This document shows positions 26,067 through 38,248 of a stretch of DNA of 64,000 bases, in pieces. The notes under the pieces are model-generated. The model was not told the DNA's origin. It saw nothing but the letters and a program-made list of their open reading frames with translations, and made no database searches. How positions within the stretch are numbered: the stretch's first letter is position 1; each line of letters opens with the position of its first letter. Location of the stretch: NCBI GenBank assembly GCA_035221665.1, contig CM069154.1, forward strand, positions 6,138,001 through 6,202,000, given 5' to 3'. The position numbers and the translations under genes were made by a program. The DNA comes from Okamejei kenojei (Eukaryota).

Positions 26067-26387
26067 TTTCAGGCGTGTTGTGGGGAGACGGATTGTTGTC
26101 GGCAGCGGTGGGAAAAGCGATCACAACCGAGTGTCATTATGATGCAAAATATGGCTCAAACACGAAGTACTGGTGCCGAGGGAAGAGACACCAGTGTTCC
26201 CTTTTAGCGGAAACAAATGGGCATCACGGACGGAGGGGAAGAGTGTCAATCACAGATAACCCGACACGAGCAATATTTACTGTGACTATGGAGGATCTTA
26301 TCTTTGAAGATAATGGATGGTACAGCTGTGGAATTACAACACCTGGCGAGGATCAGATGTTCAGCGCAGAGCTCCGTGTGTATTACG
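26067..26387 (+). CDS. Gene 2 exon 2, CD300/pIgR-like V-set Ig domain
   Basis: cttcttcag|TT; translates VSGVLWG...ITTECHY...KYWCRGKRHQC...FTVTMEDLIFEDNGWYSCGI...ELRVYY. Four Cys, 321 nt open, phase 1-1. Confidence 0.9.
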
Positions 26388-28020
26388 GTACGTTTATCAG
26401 CGATTGACTTGATGTCGCCACTGAAATGCATGATCCACGTTTACTCCGGAAAAGGTCTGGGCAGCACATATATCCCGAGGCTCTGCAGCAGTGCAGAGAC
26501 CTGCGGGGAGCGGGCGGGGGTCGGGAAACCCCACTCATGTTGCTCTCACCAAGTGCGGGCTCTGTCCCACCGAGCGGCCACCCACTTCAAGTGGGATGCT
26601 CAGCACATTTCCCTGCCTCTGAACTGTATGAAATATCATCCTTTTGCCTTTCGACTCAAACTAATAATCCGACAAGAACAGATTAGTGAGAAACAAGTGT
26701 TGCTCACAATCTAAATATCTGGAGAATCATAAATAGGGAATCAGTCCACAGAGCTCAGCAGATTGCATTCAGTACACCCGGAGCAGGTCAGTCCGCTCCA
26801 CACCCCCACCTCAGGGGTCAGGCACGCCCTCCCCACACCGCGATCTCTTTCACTCTCTCCCTCTGTCCAGTCAATGCGCCCCCACCCCCAGCAGCCACTG
26901 TCAACCCACCGCGCGGCAACTCGCCAGCCTCTCCCTGATGGGTCACAGCACTGGGGACCGTCTCCTAGTTGCTGAGACAGATTGTAACCTTGATTTTCTC
27001 AGTGAACCTTCCTCAGCGTCATCGCTGCTCACCCGATCAGCTCAAGCGCTGCTGTGCAGTGCGGAAAACAATACACAAGGACAGGTAGATCAATTGGAAA
27101 TGGATATGAGCCAAATGCGGGCGGGTGGGTCTAGTGTACATGGGACATGTTGGTCGGCATGGCCAGGCTGGGCCCTAAGGGTTACTTGGTAGTTTGGGCA
27201 GCAGGGAGTAAGCAGGGATACAGAGAGATTTTAAACTTTGGAGATCAAGCGTGGAAACAAGTCATTAGCGCCACCGCGCCGCCCAGCGATCTCCGTACTA
27301 TCCTGCACACACTCGGGACAATTTACGGTTATTCCAAGCCATTAAGCTTGCAAACCTGTTCGCCTTTGTAGTGTGGGAGGAAACCGGAGCACCCGGAGCA
27401 AACCCGTGCGGTCGCAACGAGATCATAAGAACTCCGTACTGAGAGCACCCGTAGTGAGGATTGAGGATTGAAAAGGCTGATGCTCTACTGACTGAAATAT
27501 TCAGACTCTTAATGGGTAGGGTGGATGAGATTGTGAGATTCCAACGACGAAAGACATGGACATCCGACAGTGTTTGATTTTTTCAGGTGTAGGGAGGAAC
27601 TGCGGATGTTGGTTTACACCGATGATGGACACAACACGGTGGAGTAAGTTAGCGGTCAAGCAGCATCTATGGAGAAAAATAATATGTGACGTTCGGGTCG
27701 ACTGAGTTTCAGTGGAGAGGGAATTAAAGACATGAAAATGTACAATGCATGAAAGGTGTGTTGAAAGAACAATTCAAAGCCAGCCAAATGATGATGGAAA
27801 GGTGGAGCCCACAATGATCCATTGTCGGTTGCGGATAAGGTGATTAAATGTGGATACAAACAGTGAAAGTAAGCAGGACGACAGTGATACTAATCGGACC
27901 GACTAGGGTGGGGGAGGGAAGGAAGAGATGAAATGCAAGGGTTTCCTCAACATATATTGAAATCTATCTTTGAATTTCAGGTATTCACTTAGTGTTTGAA
28001 TGTTTGCTTATTTCCCACAG

Positions 28021-28344
28021 TATTCGTGTCTGCTCCAGTGCTTAGATTTGTATCGCCAGCAAATGTCTCCTGTCTCGGAGGCTCAGTGTCAGTGTCCTGC
28101 GAGTCCTACTCGGGATCGCCTCCCATAAACTATACCTGGTTTGAAAAGGCCCCGTCCACGGATTTAATGATCTCCAACACCAGTGTATTGGACATCCATT
28201 GCCAATCCTTGCAATACGACCACCATCAATATTACTGCACAGCCGCAAATATTCAAGGGGAAACAACCGGTGAAGTGTTGGACGCGGAGACCATCTCCAT
28301 GGGAAAAGATAACTGCAGTTATGTGATGCGAATCAGTAACTCTG
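28021..28344 (+). CDS. Gene 2 exon 3, cysteine-rich C2-like Ig domain
   Basis: tttcccacag|TA; translates VFVSAPVLRFVSPANVSCLGGSVSVSCESYSGSPPINYTWF...HQYYCTAAN...NCSYVMRISNS. Donor G|GTAAGT, 324 nt. Confidence 0.9.
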
Positions 28345-29373
28345 GTAAGTGGTGGTGCGAGTGACCAGCTTAGTCTTTCCGAAGGGCAATTGGCAAAGTG
28401 CCGCATAAAAGGCCGATGCAGACGTTAAGCATGTCCGTGGCATTGAAGTTACGGGGTGAAGGAAGGAACTGCAGATGCTGGTTTACACTGATAATAGACA
28501 CAATATGCTGGAATAACTCAGCGGGTCAGGCAAGGAATCTCTGGAGAAAAGGACGTTTCGAGTCGAGACTCTTCTTCAGACTGGGAAGCAGTTTATTTCA
28601 ATGCAACCGTTTGCTTTGACCAGTACTGTCGGAGGTTGTATTTGGTGCAATTAATTTGTTTGGATTTGTTAATTAGGAAAGGCAGCTGGCAGCACTGCTT
28701 TTCATTTAACTCGGTACAAGTGACAATAAACCAAACTAAACTAAGCATCAAAGGTTCATAGAATCATAGAATCATAGAAAATAGGTGCAGGAGTAGGCCA
28801 TTCAGCCCTTCGAGCCTGCACCGCCATTCAATATGATCATGGCTGATCATCCAACTCAGTATCCTGTACCTGCCTTCTCTCCATACCCCCTATTCCCTTT
28901 AGCCACAAGGGCCACATCTAACTCCTCTTAAATATAGCCAATGAACTGGCCTCAACTACCTTCTGTGGCGTGAGAGAGGGCAGGAGAATTGTGTTAGGGA
29001 AAAATAATCAGTCATGGTCAAATGGCTGCGTATATGTGATTGGTTGAATGGTCTAAATCTACACCTGTGTGTTATGGTCTTATCTCGCTGTGTATTCAGC
29101 GCTTTGCTCTGTCCATGGTTCCAATCGGTGCTGGTTCTTCAGAAATGGGCCTTCCAATGTTGACAAAGACCAGTCGCCTGGCTGGAATATCTTCTGAAAT
29201 TGGATTTGGTGTCCAGCCAAGCTGAGCCCTTTAAACGCCCCCATGGCAACCTTGATCCTCGGAGATGGGAAAGAACTAGGAATTATCAGTACATATGATC
29301 CACATGTGTGTTGGTGGTGTCTTTCATCTGTTGCAAAAGATCAGGAACAGCTTCGTCGCAACAGCCATCAGGC

Positions 29374-32300
29374 TATTTTACTTCGGAGTCACGTGAGTGA
29401 CTACGTGAAGAACCCCGTCCAGCCGTTGATGTGTCATTACGTCAGACGCATTGGTGCAGTCAGCCGGTTGGAGCAGCAGAGCTCCTCCAAGCAGTAAGTT
29501 TAAAACACAAGGTAAGTATCGGAAGGGTGTAGACCGTTAAAATGTTACAGAAAGTGAAGAAGTTTGTGACAAGTACTTTTCCTAGGTCTAAAAAGACTGG
29601 CGGATGTTGAGTCATTCTGGACCTGACAAGCTTGAACTCCTTTGTTTGCTATAGACATTTCAAAATGGAAACTTTTTCTACGGCTAAACATCTGGTTTCC
29701 AAAGGGTGTTATATGGCCAGCATTGATTTAAAGGATGCATATTACTCAGTGTCTATTAATTGTGATGATAGGAGGTATTTAAAATTTACCTGGATGAGTC
29801 AGTTGTGGCAATTCAATGCATTGCCTAATGGGTTAACTTCAGGTCCTAAATGATTTACCAAATTGTTAAAAGCCTGTTCTAGGATTACTCCGAGCTCAGG
29901 GGCATGTTGTAATGGCCTATTTAGACGATATTTTAATTGTCGGGAAGACTCGGGCTGCAGCTGAATCATCTGTTTCAATTTTTAAACTCACTTTTGAACA
30001 ATTAGGGTTCGTAATTCATCCAGATAAATCCAAATTATCACCAGTTCAAATCATTGATTATTTGGGCTTTACCATTAATTCGAATCAATTGTTAGTGATT
30101 TTGCCCAGGGACAAATGGCAGCAGTTAATTGAGGATTATGTTAATATCCTTAGTGAGCAACGACCTTCAATTAGACAAGTTGCCAATATTGGTAAATTGG
30201 TGGCTGCTTTTCCAGCTGTGCAGTTATAGACCTCTGCATTATCACCAATTACAACTAGCAAAAGAACAGGCACTGAGGACACACGTGGGTCATTTTGCTA
30301 GGCCTATGCAATTGTCAGCTCGGGCAATTTCAGACATTCCATAATATTACAGACGGATGACAGCGTGCTGGGTTGGGTGCTACAGATATGTCTTCCAGTT
30401 GTGGAGGCAGATGGAATACTGATGAGACATCCCTTCTTCAATTAAGAGGGATCAATTATTTAGAGCTTTTGGGAACCTGCTATGGCCTTAAAGCTTATTG
30501 CTCTGCCAGGAGTGACTTGCATGTGCAGGTTCAGATTGACAACAATACAGCAGTGGCATATGTAAACCACATGGGTGGAGTAAAGTCACAGTCTTGTGAT
30601 AGACTGGTTAATCAGATCTGGGGCTGGTGCATTGACCAAAACATCTGGCTTTTAGCAATATATTTACCAGGTAGATTAAACACAGTAGCTGACATTTGGT
30701 CACGCCAATTCAATGATAACATAGAATGGACATATTTAATCAAGTAGTTGCTCAGTATGGAATGACAGATATTGACTTGTTTGCATCTAGACTAAACCAT
30801 CAGTTGCCAGATATGTTTCATGGGAACCAGATCCTGCTGCAGCAGCGGTGGATGCATTCTCGCTGCATTGGGGTGGAATGTTTGTACATGCATTTCCTCC
30901 ATTCTGTCTCATCAGTCGATGCTTGCAAAAAATCATGCAGGACTCGGCTTCAGGACTATTGGTAGTGCCGGATTGGCCTACACAACCATGGTTCCCTCTC
31001 GTATTCATGGGACACAGTAGTAGTGAAGTTGGGGATGGTATCAAACAGGAAATTAGTAATGCATGTGACAAAGGCAAAACAGTTATATTGGGCGACTTAA
31101 ATCTACATATAGATTGGGTGAATCAAATCAGCAGCGGCACTAAGGAAGAGGATTTTTTGGAATGTATGCAGGATAGTTGTCTAAATCAACATGTAGAGCA
31201 ACCAACGAGAGAGCAGGCTATTTTAGATTGGGTATTGAGTAATGAGGAAGGGTTAGTTAGCAATCTTCTTGTACATGCCCCCTTGGCCAAGACTGACCAT
31301 AATATGGTCGAGTTCTTCATTAGGATGGAGAGTGACATTGTTAATTCAGAAACAATGGTTCTGAACTTAAAGAAAGGTAATTTTGAGGGTATGAGATGTG
31401 AATTGGCCAAGATTGACTGGCAATCAATTCTAAAAGGGTTGACGGTGGATACGCAATGGAAGACATTTAAAGACTGCATGGATGAACTACAAAAATTGTT
31501 CATCCCAGTTTGGCAAAAGAATAAATCAGGGAAGGTAGTGCATCCGTGGATAACAAGGGAAATCAGGGATAGTATCAAAGCAAAGGATGATGCGTACAAA
31601 GTAGCCAGAAAAAGCAGCATACCAGAGGACTGAGAGAAATTCAGAGACCAGCAGAGGAGGACAAAGGGCTTAATTAGGAAAGGAAAAATAGATTATGAAA
31701 GAAAACTGGCAGGGAACATAAAAACCGACTGCAAAAGTTTTTATAGATATGTGAAGAGAAAGAGATTATTTAAAACAAATGTAGGTCCCTTGCAGTCAGA
31801 AACTACTTTGGTTTCGTCTTCACAAAGGAAGACAAATAATCTGCCAGAAATAGCAGGGGACTGCGGGTCAAAGGAGGAATTGAGTGAAATCCAGGTTAGA
31901 CCGGAAGTGGTGTTGGGTAAATTGAATGGATTAAAGGCCGATACATACCCAGGGCCAGATAGGCTGCATCCCAGAGTACTTAAGGAAGTAGCTCCAGAAA
32001 TAGTGGATGCATTACTGATAATCTTTCAAAGCTCTATAGATTCGGGAGTAGTTCATCAGGATTGGCGTGTAGCAAACGTAACCCCTCTTTTTAAGAAGGG
32101 AGGGAGGGAGAAAACGGGGAATTACACATCGGTTAGTCTAACATCGGTAGTGGGGAAACTACTAGAGTCAGTTATTAAAGATGGGATAGCAGCACATTTG
32201 GAAAGTGGACAAATCATTGAACAAAGTCAGAATGGATTTACGAAAGGTAAATCATGTCTGACGAATCTTGTGGAATTTTTCAAGGATGTAACTAGTAGCG

Positions 32301-35084
32301 TGGATAGTGGAGAACCAGTAGATGTGGTGTACCTGGACTTCCAGAAGGCTTTCGACATGGTCCCACATAAGAGATTAGTATACAAACTTAAAGCATACGG
32401 CATTGGGGGTTCAGTATTGATGTGGATAGAGAACTGGCTGGCAAACAGGAAGCAAGGAGCAGGAGTAAACGGGTCCTTTTCAAAATGGCAGGCAGTGACT
32501 AGTGGGGTACCGCAAGGGTCCGTGCTGGGACCCCAGTTATTTACAATATAAATTAATGATCTGGATGAGGGAATTGAAGGCAATATCTCCAAGTTTGCGG
32601 ATGACACTAAGCTGGGGGACAATGTTAGCTGTGAGGAGAATGCTAGGAGTCTGCAATGTGACTTGGATAGGCTGGGTGAGTGGGCAAATCTTTGGCAGAT
32701 GCAGTATAATGTGGATAAATGTGAGGTTATTCACTTTGGTGGGAAAAACAGGAAAGCAGACTATTATCTAAATGGTGGCCGATTAGGAAAAGGGGAGATG
32801 CAGCGCGGCCTGGTTGTCATGGTACACCAGTCATTGAAAGTAGGCATGCGGGTGCAGCAGGCAGTGAAGAAAGCGAATGGTATGTTAGCTTTCATAGCAA
32901 AAGGATTTGAGTATAGGAGCAGGGAGTTTCTACTTCAGTTGTATAGGGTCTTGGTGAGACCACACCTGAAGTATTGCGTACAGTTCTGGTCTCCTAATAT
33001 GAAGAAGGACATTATTGCCATAGAGGGAGTGCAGAGAATGTCAGGACTGTCTTATGAAGAAAGACTGGATAGACTCGGTATATACTCTCTGGAAATTGGG
33101 AGATTGAGAGGGGATCTTATAGAAACTTACAAAATTCTTAAGGGGTTGGACAGGCTAGATGCAGGAAGATTGTTCCCGATGTTGGGGAGGCCCAGGACAA
33201 GGGGCCACAGTTAAGGATAAGGGGGAAATCCTTTAGGTCCGAGATGAGAAGGACTTTTTTCACACAGAGAGTGGTGGGTCTCTGGAACTCTTTGCAACAG
33301 AGGGTAGTGGAGGCCAGTTCATTGGCTATATTTAAGAGGGAGTTAGATGTGGCCCTTGTGGCTAGGGGGATCAGAGGGTATGGAGAGAAGGCAGGTACGG
33401 GATACTGAGTTGGATGATCAGCCATGATCATATTGAATGGTGGTGCAGGCTCGAAGGGCCGAGTGGCCTACTCCTGCACCTAATTTATATGTTTCAATGT
33501 TTCTATGTATTGCAAATGGCTAGTCAGCCTCACATGATTATTCCCAAACGTAAAAGTCTACTGGTAAATCCAGTAAGTGGCTATCAACATCCTTTACATG
33601 ATCGTATTGATCTGTTAATTTGCAGATTTTAAGGACGCCATACCTGGGAAAAGGACTGTCTGATCGTACCGTGGATGTTCACACGTCGGCCTGCAGGGAT
33701 AGCACTCAGAAGCAGTACATCACCTTGATAAGGAAGTGGGAGGTATTCTGTCTACAGCAGAATATCTCATATCGAACTGCAGGCATCCCAGACGTACTGG
33801 AGTTTTTGTCCACTCTTTACTTTGATCCAAAATTAAGCTACAGTGCGATTAATACAGCCAGAAGTGCTCTGCCTTCTTATTTACACAAGAATTCAGAGTT
33901 ACATTCAGTAGGGACACATCCGTTAGTTTCTCGATTTATGAAGGGAGTTTTCAATTCTATTCCTCCTAAACCCAGATATTCCGCTATATGGAATGTGAGC
34001 GAAGTTCTTATGCTTCTTCGCCAGTGGACTCCTGTTGCAAGCCTATCTCTAGTCAAACTAACCATGAATGTCGTCATGCTTATGGCATTGGTATCAGCCC
34101 AACATGTGCAAACATTGCAAAAGCTATGGCTAGACAGAATGCAGGTATCGGCAAATGCCATTACTTTTTTGTCAATGATCTGCTTAAATATAGTAGAATA
34201 GGCATGACAGGATGTAAGATTGTTTTTTTCAGCATACCCCACAGATGCTTGCCTGTGTGTAGTCACATTTGTCTCATTACATTGAGCCTACCAGAGTCCT
34301 ACGAGGAACAGAGTCTGCATTATTTATTAGCCACAAAATACCACACGGTAAGGTGTCGGTGCAAACAATTTCAAGGTGGCTAAAGCAGGCTCTGGGAAGT
34401 GCTGGAATTGATACTGATAAATTCAAATCTCATTCCACCAAGGGCAGCATCAACTTTTGTGGCAAGGGCGATGGACGTGCCTATAGACCATATCCTCGCG
34501 GCCGCAGGATGGTCCTGTGAGCTGACCTTCCAAAAAATTTATCATAAGGCTGGGTGTGTTTGCTGATTTTGTTTTGAGTTCTATTATAGTTTCACCTGAG
34601 ATAGAGTGGTTGTTATTGTTTCTTTTGTAAATAAACCGTTAATTCATTTGACAATGTTATGATTGATGTATGATTGATTATTTAACGATTTGACTCAATC
34701 AATGCAGTGTGAACGCTGGATTTGGGTCTGCAGCATGAAATCACATAGCTTTGAAATCTTCACGTAGTCACTCATGTGACTCAGAAGTAAAATTGTAAGA
34801 TTAAACGAGAACTTACAGTTTGAAGTTTGATCTTTATTTTATGAGGAGTTACGATGAGGGATTACGCGCCCTCTGCTCCCAACCCTCATGAATATCATCT
34901 GGTAGTTCTAGTCTCTGTTATCTTACTATTATACTTCAGTCATTATTACCTGTGATTTCACTCCGCTGCTTTGAAGATTGACGCACCAATGGCTGGACGG
35001 GTTTCTTCACGTAATCCCTCATGGTAACTCCTCATAAAATAAAGATCAAACTTCAAACTGGTAAGTTCTCGTTTAAAATACTAT
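29374..35084 (+). mobile_element. DIRS1-type tyrosine-recombinase retrotransposon, gag-deleted and degenerate, interrupted by CR1
   Basis: RT (SIDLKDAYY, LPNGL, YLDD), RNase H (INYLEL, DNNTAV), methyltransferase-like segment (DLFASRLN, DAFSLHW, FPPF) and tyrosine recombinase (33620-34550). Left ITR at 29374, internal complementary region 34757-34866, right ITR plus extension ~34979-35084. CTAT at both ends. Confidence 0.9.
31006..33506 (+). mobile_element. 5'-truncated CR1 LINE nested in the DIRS element
   Basis: APE end and RT ORFs (31751..32551, 32663..33214) with a ctatgttt-like tail. GTATT is duplicated at 31001-31005 and 33507-33511, and the DIRS frame rejoins (WFPLVL-QMAS). Confidence 0.92.
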
Positions 35085-35399
35085 GAAACTCTACATCCGC
35101 CATTAAGCTCTGAACTACGCAGACTATTATGGTTATTAATGCACTATTTTGTCTGTTTTTGTTTATGTGTGCATTTATGCGCGTTTGTTTGCGTGTGTGC
35201 ATATATATCTATGTTTGTGTGTAATATATATATATATATATATAGTGTTTCGATTTTACCAGCATCTGTAGATCTTTCTTAAACATATAAGAAAGATCTA
35301 CAGATGCTGGTAAAATCGAAAGTAGACACAAATTGCTGGAGAAACTAAGCGGGCGAGGCAGCATCTATGGAGAGAAGGAATTGGCGTCATTTCCGGTCG

Positions 35400-35542
35400 N
35401 NNNNNNNNNNNNNNNNNNNNNNNNNNNNNNNNNNNNNNNNNNNNNNNNNNNNNNNNNNNNNNNNNNNNNNNNNNNNNNNNNNNNNNNNNNNNNNNNNNNN
35501 NNNNNNNNNNNNNNNNNNNNNNNNNNNNNNNNNNNNNNNNNN
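35400..35542. other. Assembly gap (143 N)
   Basis: Run of N. Confidence 1.
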
Positions 35543-35779
35543 TAACTTGTTTGTTATATTGCTTAAGGTGTACTATGTTTACATCTTCTGTTGTGCTGCT
35601 GCTTAAGAAGTTCATTGTCCTATCTGGGACGTATGACAATAAAACACTCTTGACTCTCTCGATGTCATACTGAGAACCAACACCATCTCCACGCAAGAGC
35701 CCCTGTCAGCCAACTGTGTTCTCCTGCTGGACTGCCAATGAAAAATGGGAAACTGAATTTAATTTTCTACTCTCGGCAG

Positions 35780-35897
35780 AGTATAAATATTATTGTGGGC
35801 GCTCGACTACGGAATCAGCATCCACACAATCTATCAACACAGAAACAACATCCGGCATTCCCCCAGAGGAAACTTTTCAACCCCGTCCTACTGAAAG
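35780..35897 (+). CDS. Gene 2 exon 4, Ser/Thr/Pro-rich stalk
   Basis: ctcggcag|AG; translates EYKYYCGRSTTESASTQSINTETTSGIPPEETFQPRPTE(R). Phase 1-2, donor GTACAAT. Confidence 0.8.
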
Positions 35898-36697
35898 GTA
35901 CAATATTCTCGCTATTGGTTTGCACATTGGCACTATTTTCATGTGAGTGGAGATTGAGGTCAAATTCCCTCGTTTATTCGCAAACACTAAAAGCATGTGG
36001 ATAAAATGATTTTTAATCACACTGACTAGTGGGAATTGAATATACATAATTCTCACCTGTAAGGTACGTTTCCCACACTAACATGTTTAATGACATGGGC
36101 ATAGAAGTGGAAGGTTATGTATTACTTTAGAACGTAGCTCGTGAAAGTGAACATGTTGGCTCAGAGAATAGAATCTCCTATCAAAGATGCTGCTTGCCGG
36201 ATAAGAAATTTCAAACCGGTTGAGTTTTTCCTGCATTCTGTGTCTTTCTTTTGTAACCGATTATCTTTAGTTCCTTCGATCTCCGTAATATTTACAAAGT
36301 TGAAGGGGATAATCCCTGATGGATTTGGATAATATTTACCATTGATGCATCATCACCGTCATGGGTCATTTTCACACTGTTTGCGGGACTTCTTTTTAAA
36401 ATAGATTTTCACTGTACCTCAGTACACGTGACAAAAATATACTAAACCAAAGTAAACCAAACTGCACTAAACTTGCTGTAACCAATTCAGGTGCCTCTAT
36501 TTGAGTTTAGTTTAAGTTTGCTATATTGCCACGTGTTTCGAGGTTCAGTGAAAAAAACATTTGTTGTGCGCTAACCAGTCCGCGGGAAGACTATTCATGA
36601 TGACAATCGAGTCACCCACAGTGGACGGATGCCTGATAAGGGGAATGACGTGAATAACGTTTAGTGCAGGGTAAAGCCAGTAAAAGTCAGCTCAAAG

Positions 36698-36793
36698 GGT
36701 TACACAAAAGGCTGGAGAAACTCAGCGGGTGCAGCAGCATCTAAGGAGCGAAGGAGATAGGCGACGTTTCGGGTCGAGACCCTTCTTCAGACT
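36698..36793 (-). mobile_element. 96-bp Penelope-tail mini-element with a minimal hammerhead ribozyme core and 15-bp TSD
   Basis: TSD AAAGTCAGCTCAAAG at 36683-36697 and 36794-36808. The minus strand reads GTCTGAAGAAGGGTCTCGACCCGAAACGTC. Confidence 0.75.
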
Positions 36794-36847
36794 AAAGTCA
36801 GCTCAAAGATAGTCTGGGGGTCTCCAATTAGGTATATGGTAGCTCAG

Positions 36848-36875
36848 TCTGAAGAAGGGTCTCGACCCGAAACGT
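36848..36875 (+). ncRNA. Putative minimal hammerhead ribozyme (one example of many copies)
   Basis: CTGAAGA, a short GGG(TC)/(GA)CCC stem, GAAA, then CGTC. Matches the CUGANGA...GAAA...UH core known from Penelope-like elements; helix III is loop-less (ACGT palindrome). Activity untested. Confidence 0.6.
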
Positions 36876-37008
36876 CGCTCATTCCTTCTTTCCATAGATG
36901 CTGTAGTTCAGGACTACTCTCTTTCTCAAACTGCCCCTCATTTACCGCATTCACACATTCTGAGGTCGTGAAGTGGACTTGCTAAATGCTAGCCACTTTT
37001 TCTTTCAG

Positions 37009-37133
37009 GGACGAACCAGGACTGACTTCCTATACTCGGTACCACAGACCCACCTACATTATTGGGATGGCTGTCGTTCTTCCGTTGGCGTTTGTTGCTG
37101 GTCTATTTTGGTACCTGAAACGCAAAAACAAGG
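37009..37133 (+). CDS. Gene 2 exon 5, transmembrane (uncharged)
   Basis: tttttctttcag|G; translates DEPGLTSYTRYHRPTYIIGMAVVLPLAFVAGLFWYLKRKNK. Donor G|GTATGT, phase 2-1. Confidence 0.88.
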
Positions 37134-37629
37134 GTATGTTTTTGTTTCTGTTTCATAGTTTGATGATTACGTGAGAATTTGCAACATTGTGTATTTTTGT
37201 TAAAGTTATAATAAATAGAGCCGCGCGTTTAGCATAGTATGACGAGAGCCGCAAGTGCTCTCGTCGTACTATACGAAACAAGGATGCTTTTACGAGTTAA
37301 CAACCATTTTAAACAACTTTTTAGTTTTGAAGTGTGGAACCATGTCCTGCAGCCGAAATCAGCCCACGACGGCCATCGATACCAATCGGTCCACGCTGAC
37401 TATCGATCAGCTGTTCCCACTACGTCAATGCTATTCCACTTCCTCTCCCGCATCCTACACAATTTCCCCACTTCCTCACAATTCGACAGAGCAGATTTTT
37501 GATCAGTGCGTGGAATCGAGCTGCAGCAGGGGGTCTGGTGATTAGACAAGTCTGAATGCGATTTATGGGTATTTACTATTCTTGACATGGTCCTTTCAAC
37601 TGTTGTATTTCCAATGTTATATTTTCCAG

Positions 37630-37676
37630 AATTCAAGTGGAGCACATATTACAGAGATGGCAGTGGAGACAACCAG
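37630..37676 (+). CDS. Gene 2 exon 6, cytoplasmic
   Basis: attttccag|AA; translates EFKWSTYYRDGSGDNQ. Donor CAG|GTAAAG, phase 1-0. Confidence 0.7.
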
Positions 37677-38212
37677 GTAAAGATGCAACATGTTAATTCT
37701 TCAAATGTTTGAATATATTCGTAAGTTCGTAAATTTTAGGAGCAGGATTTGGCCGTTCAGCCCATCTAGTCTACTTGGTCATTCAATCACGGCTGATCGA
37801 TCTTACCCTCTCAACCCCATTCGCCCCATAACCCCTGACACCCGTACTGATCAAGCATCGATCGACCTCTACCTTAAACATATCCATTGATTTGATCTCC
37901 ACTGACTTGTGTGGCAATGAATTCCAGATATCGACATGATTGGTTTGCAAGGTATTATACCAGCTCCATCACCACTCGTTGCACTCTAGATTGAACCATC
38001 TACGCACAGCGACTCCCATCCTACTTCTTTGAACCCCCTCAGCAAATTGTATACTGCACAAGTTAATGTGTATGAATTACTTGCATTCAGAGTAATTATC
38101 AGTAACGAATCGATCCATTGTTCTGTTTCGTTAGAGTTTCGTTAGAGTTTCTTTCCTATAAGTAGATTTATCCTTTCGCATTCATCATAAATCATTTGTA
38201 TCTTTCTTTTAG

Positions 38213-38248
38213 GAAATTGTAGCTCTGGAAGGGATTGACGATATTTGA
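38213..38248 (+). CDS. Gene 2 exon 7, last coding exon
   Basis: tctttcttttag|GAA; translates EIVALEGIDDI*. The seven exons sum to 1008 nt (335 aa plus stop). Confidence 0.6.
   Translation, partial: EIVALEGIDDI

Noticed and set aside
26067-26420. V domains as rearranging Ig/TCR/IgNAR V segments
   Set aside because: The exons encode a complete V domain ending in a splice donor, with no adjacent heptamer/nonamer RSS. The KYWC-x6-C pattern fits the CD300/pIgR family.
30848-31633. 261-aa methyltransferase-endonuclease fusion ORF
   Set aside because: It is a chance in-frame junction of DIRS and a nested CR1 (TSD GTATT); both halves are fragments.
31186-32734. Recurrent antisense and alternate-frame ORFs over CR1 copies (also at 8512, 41155, 49266, 50815)
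   Set aside because: Shadow frames of CR1 ORF2; they recur only because the repeat recurs.
35298-35696. ORFs spanning 35400-35542
   Set aside because: Artefacts of the N run.
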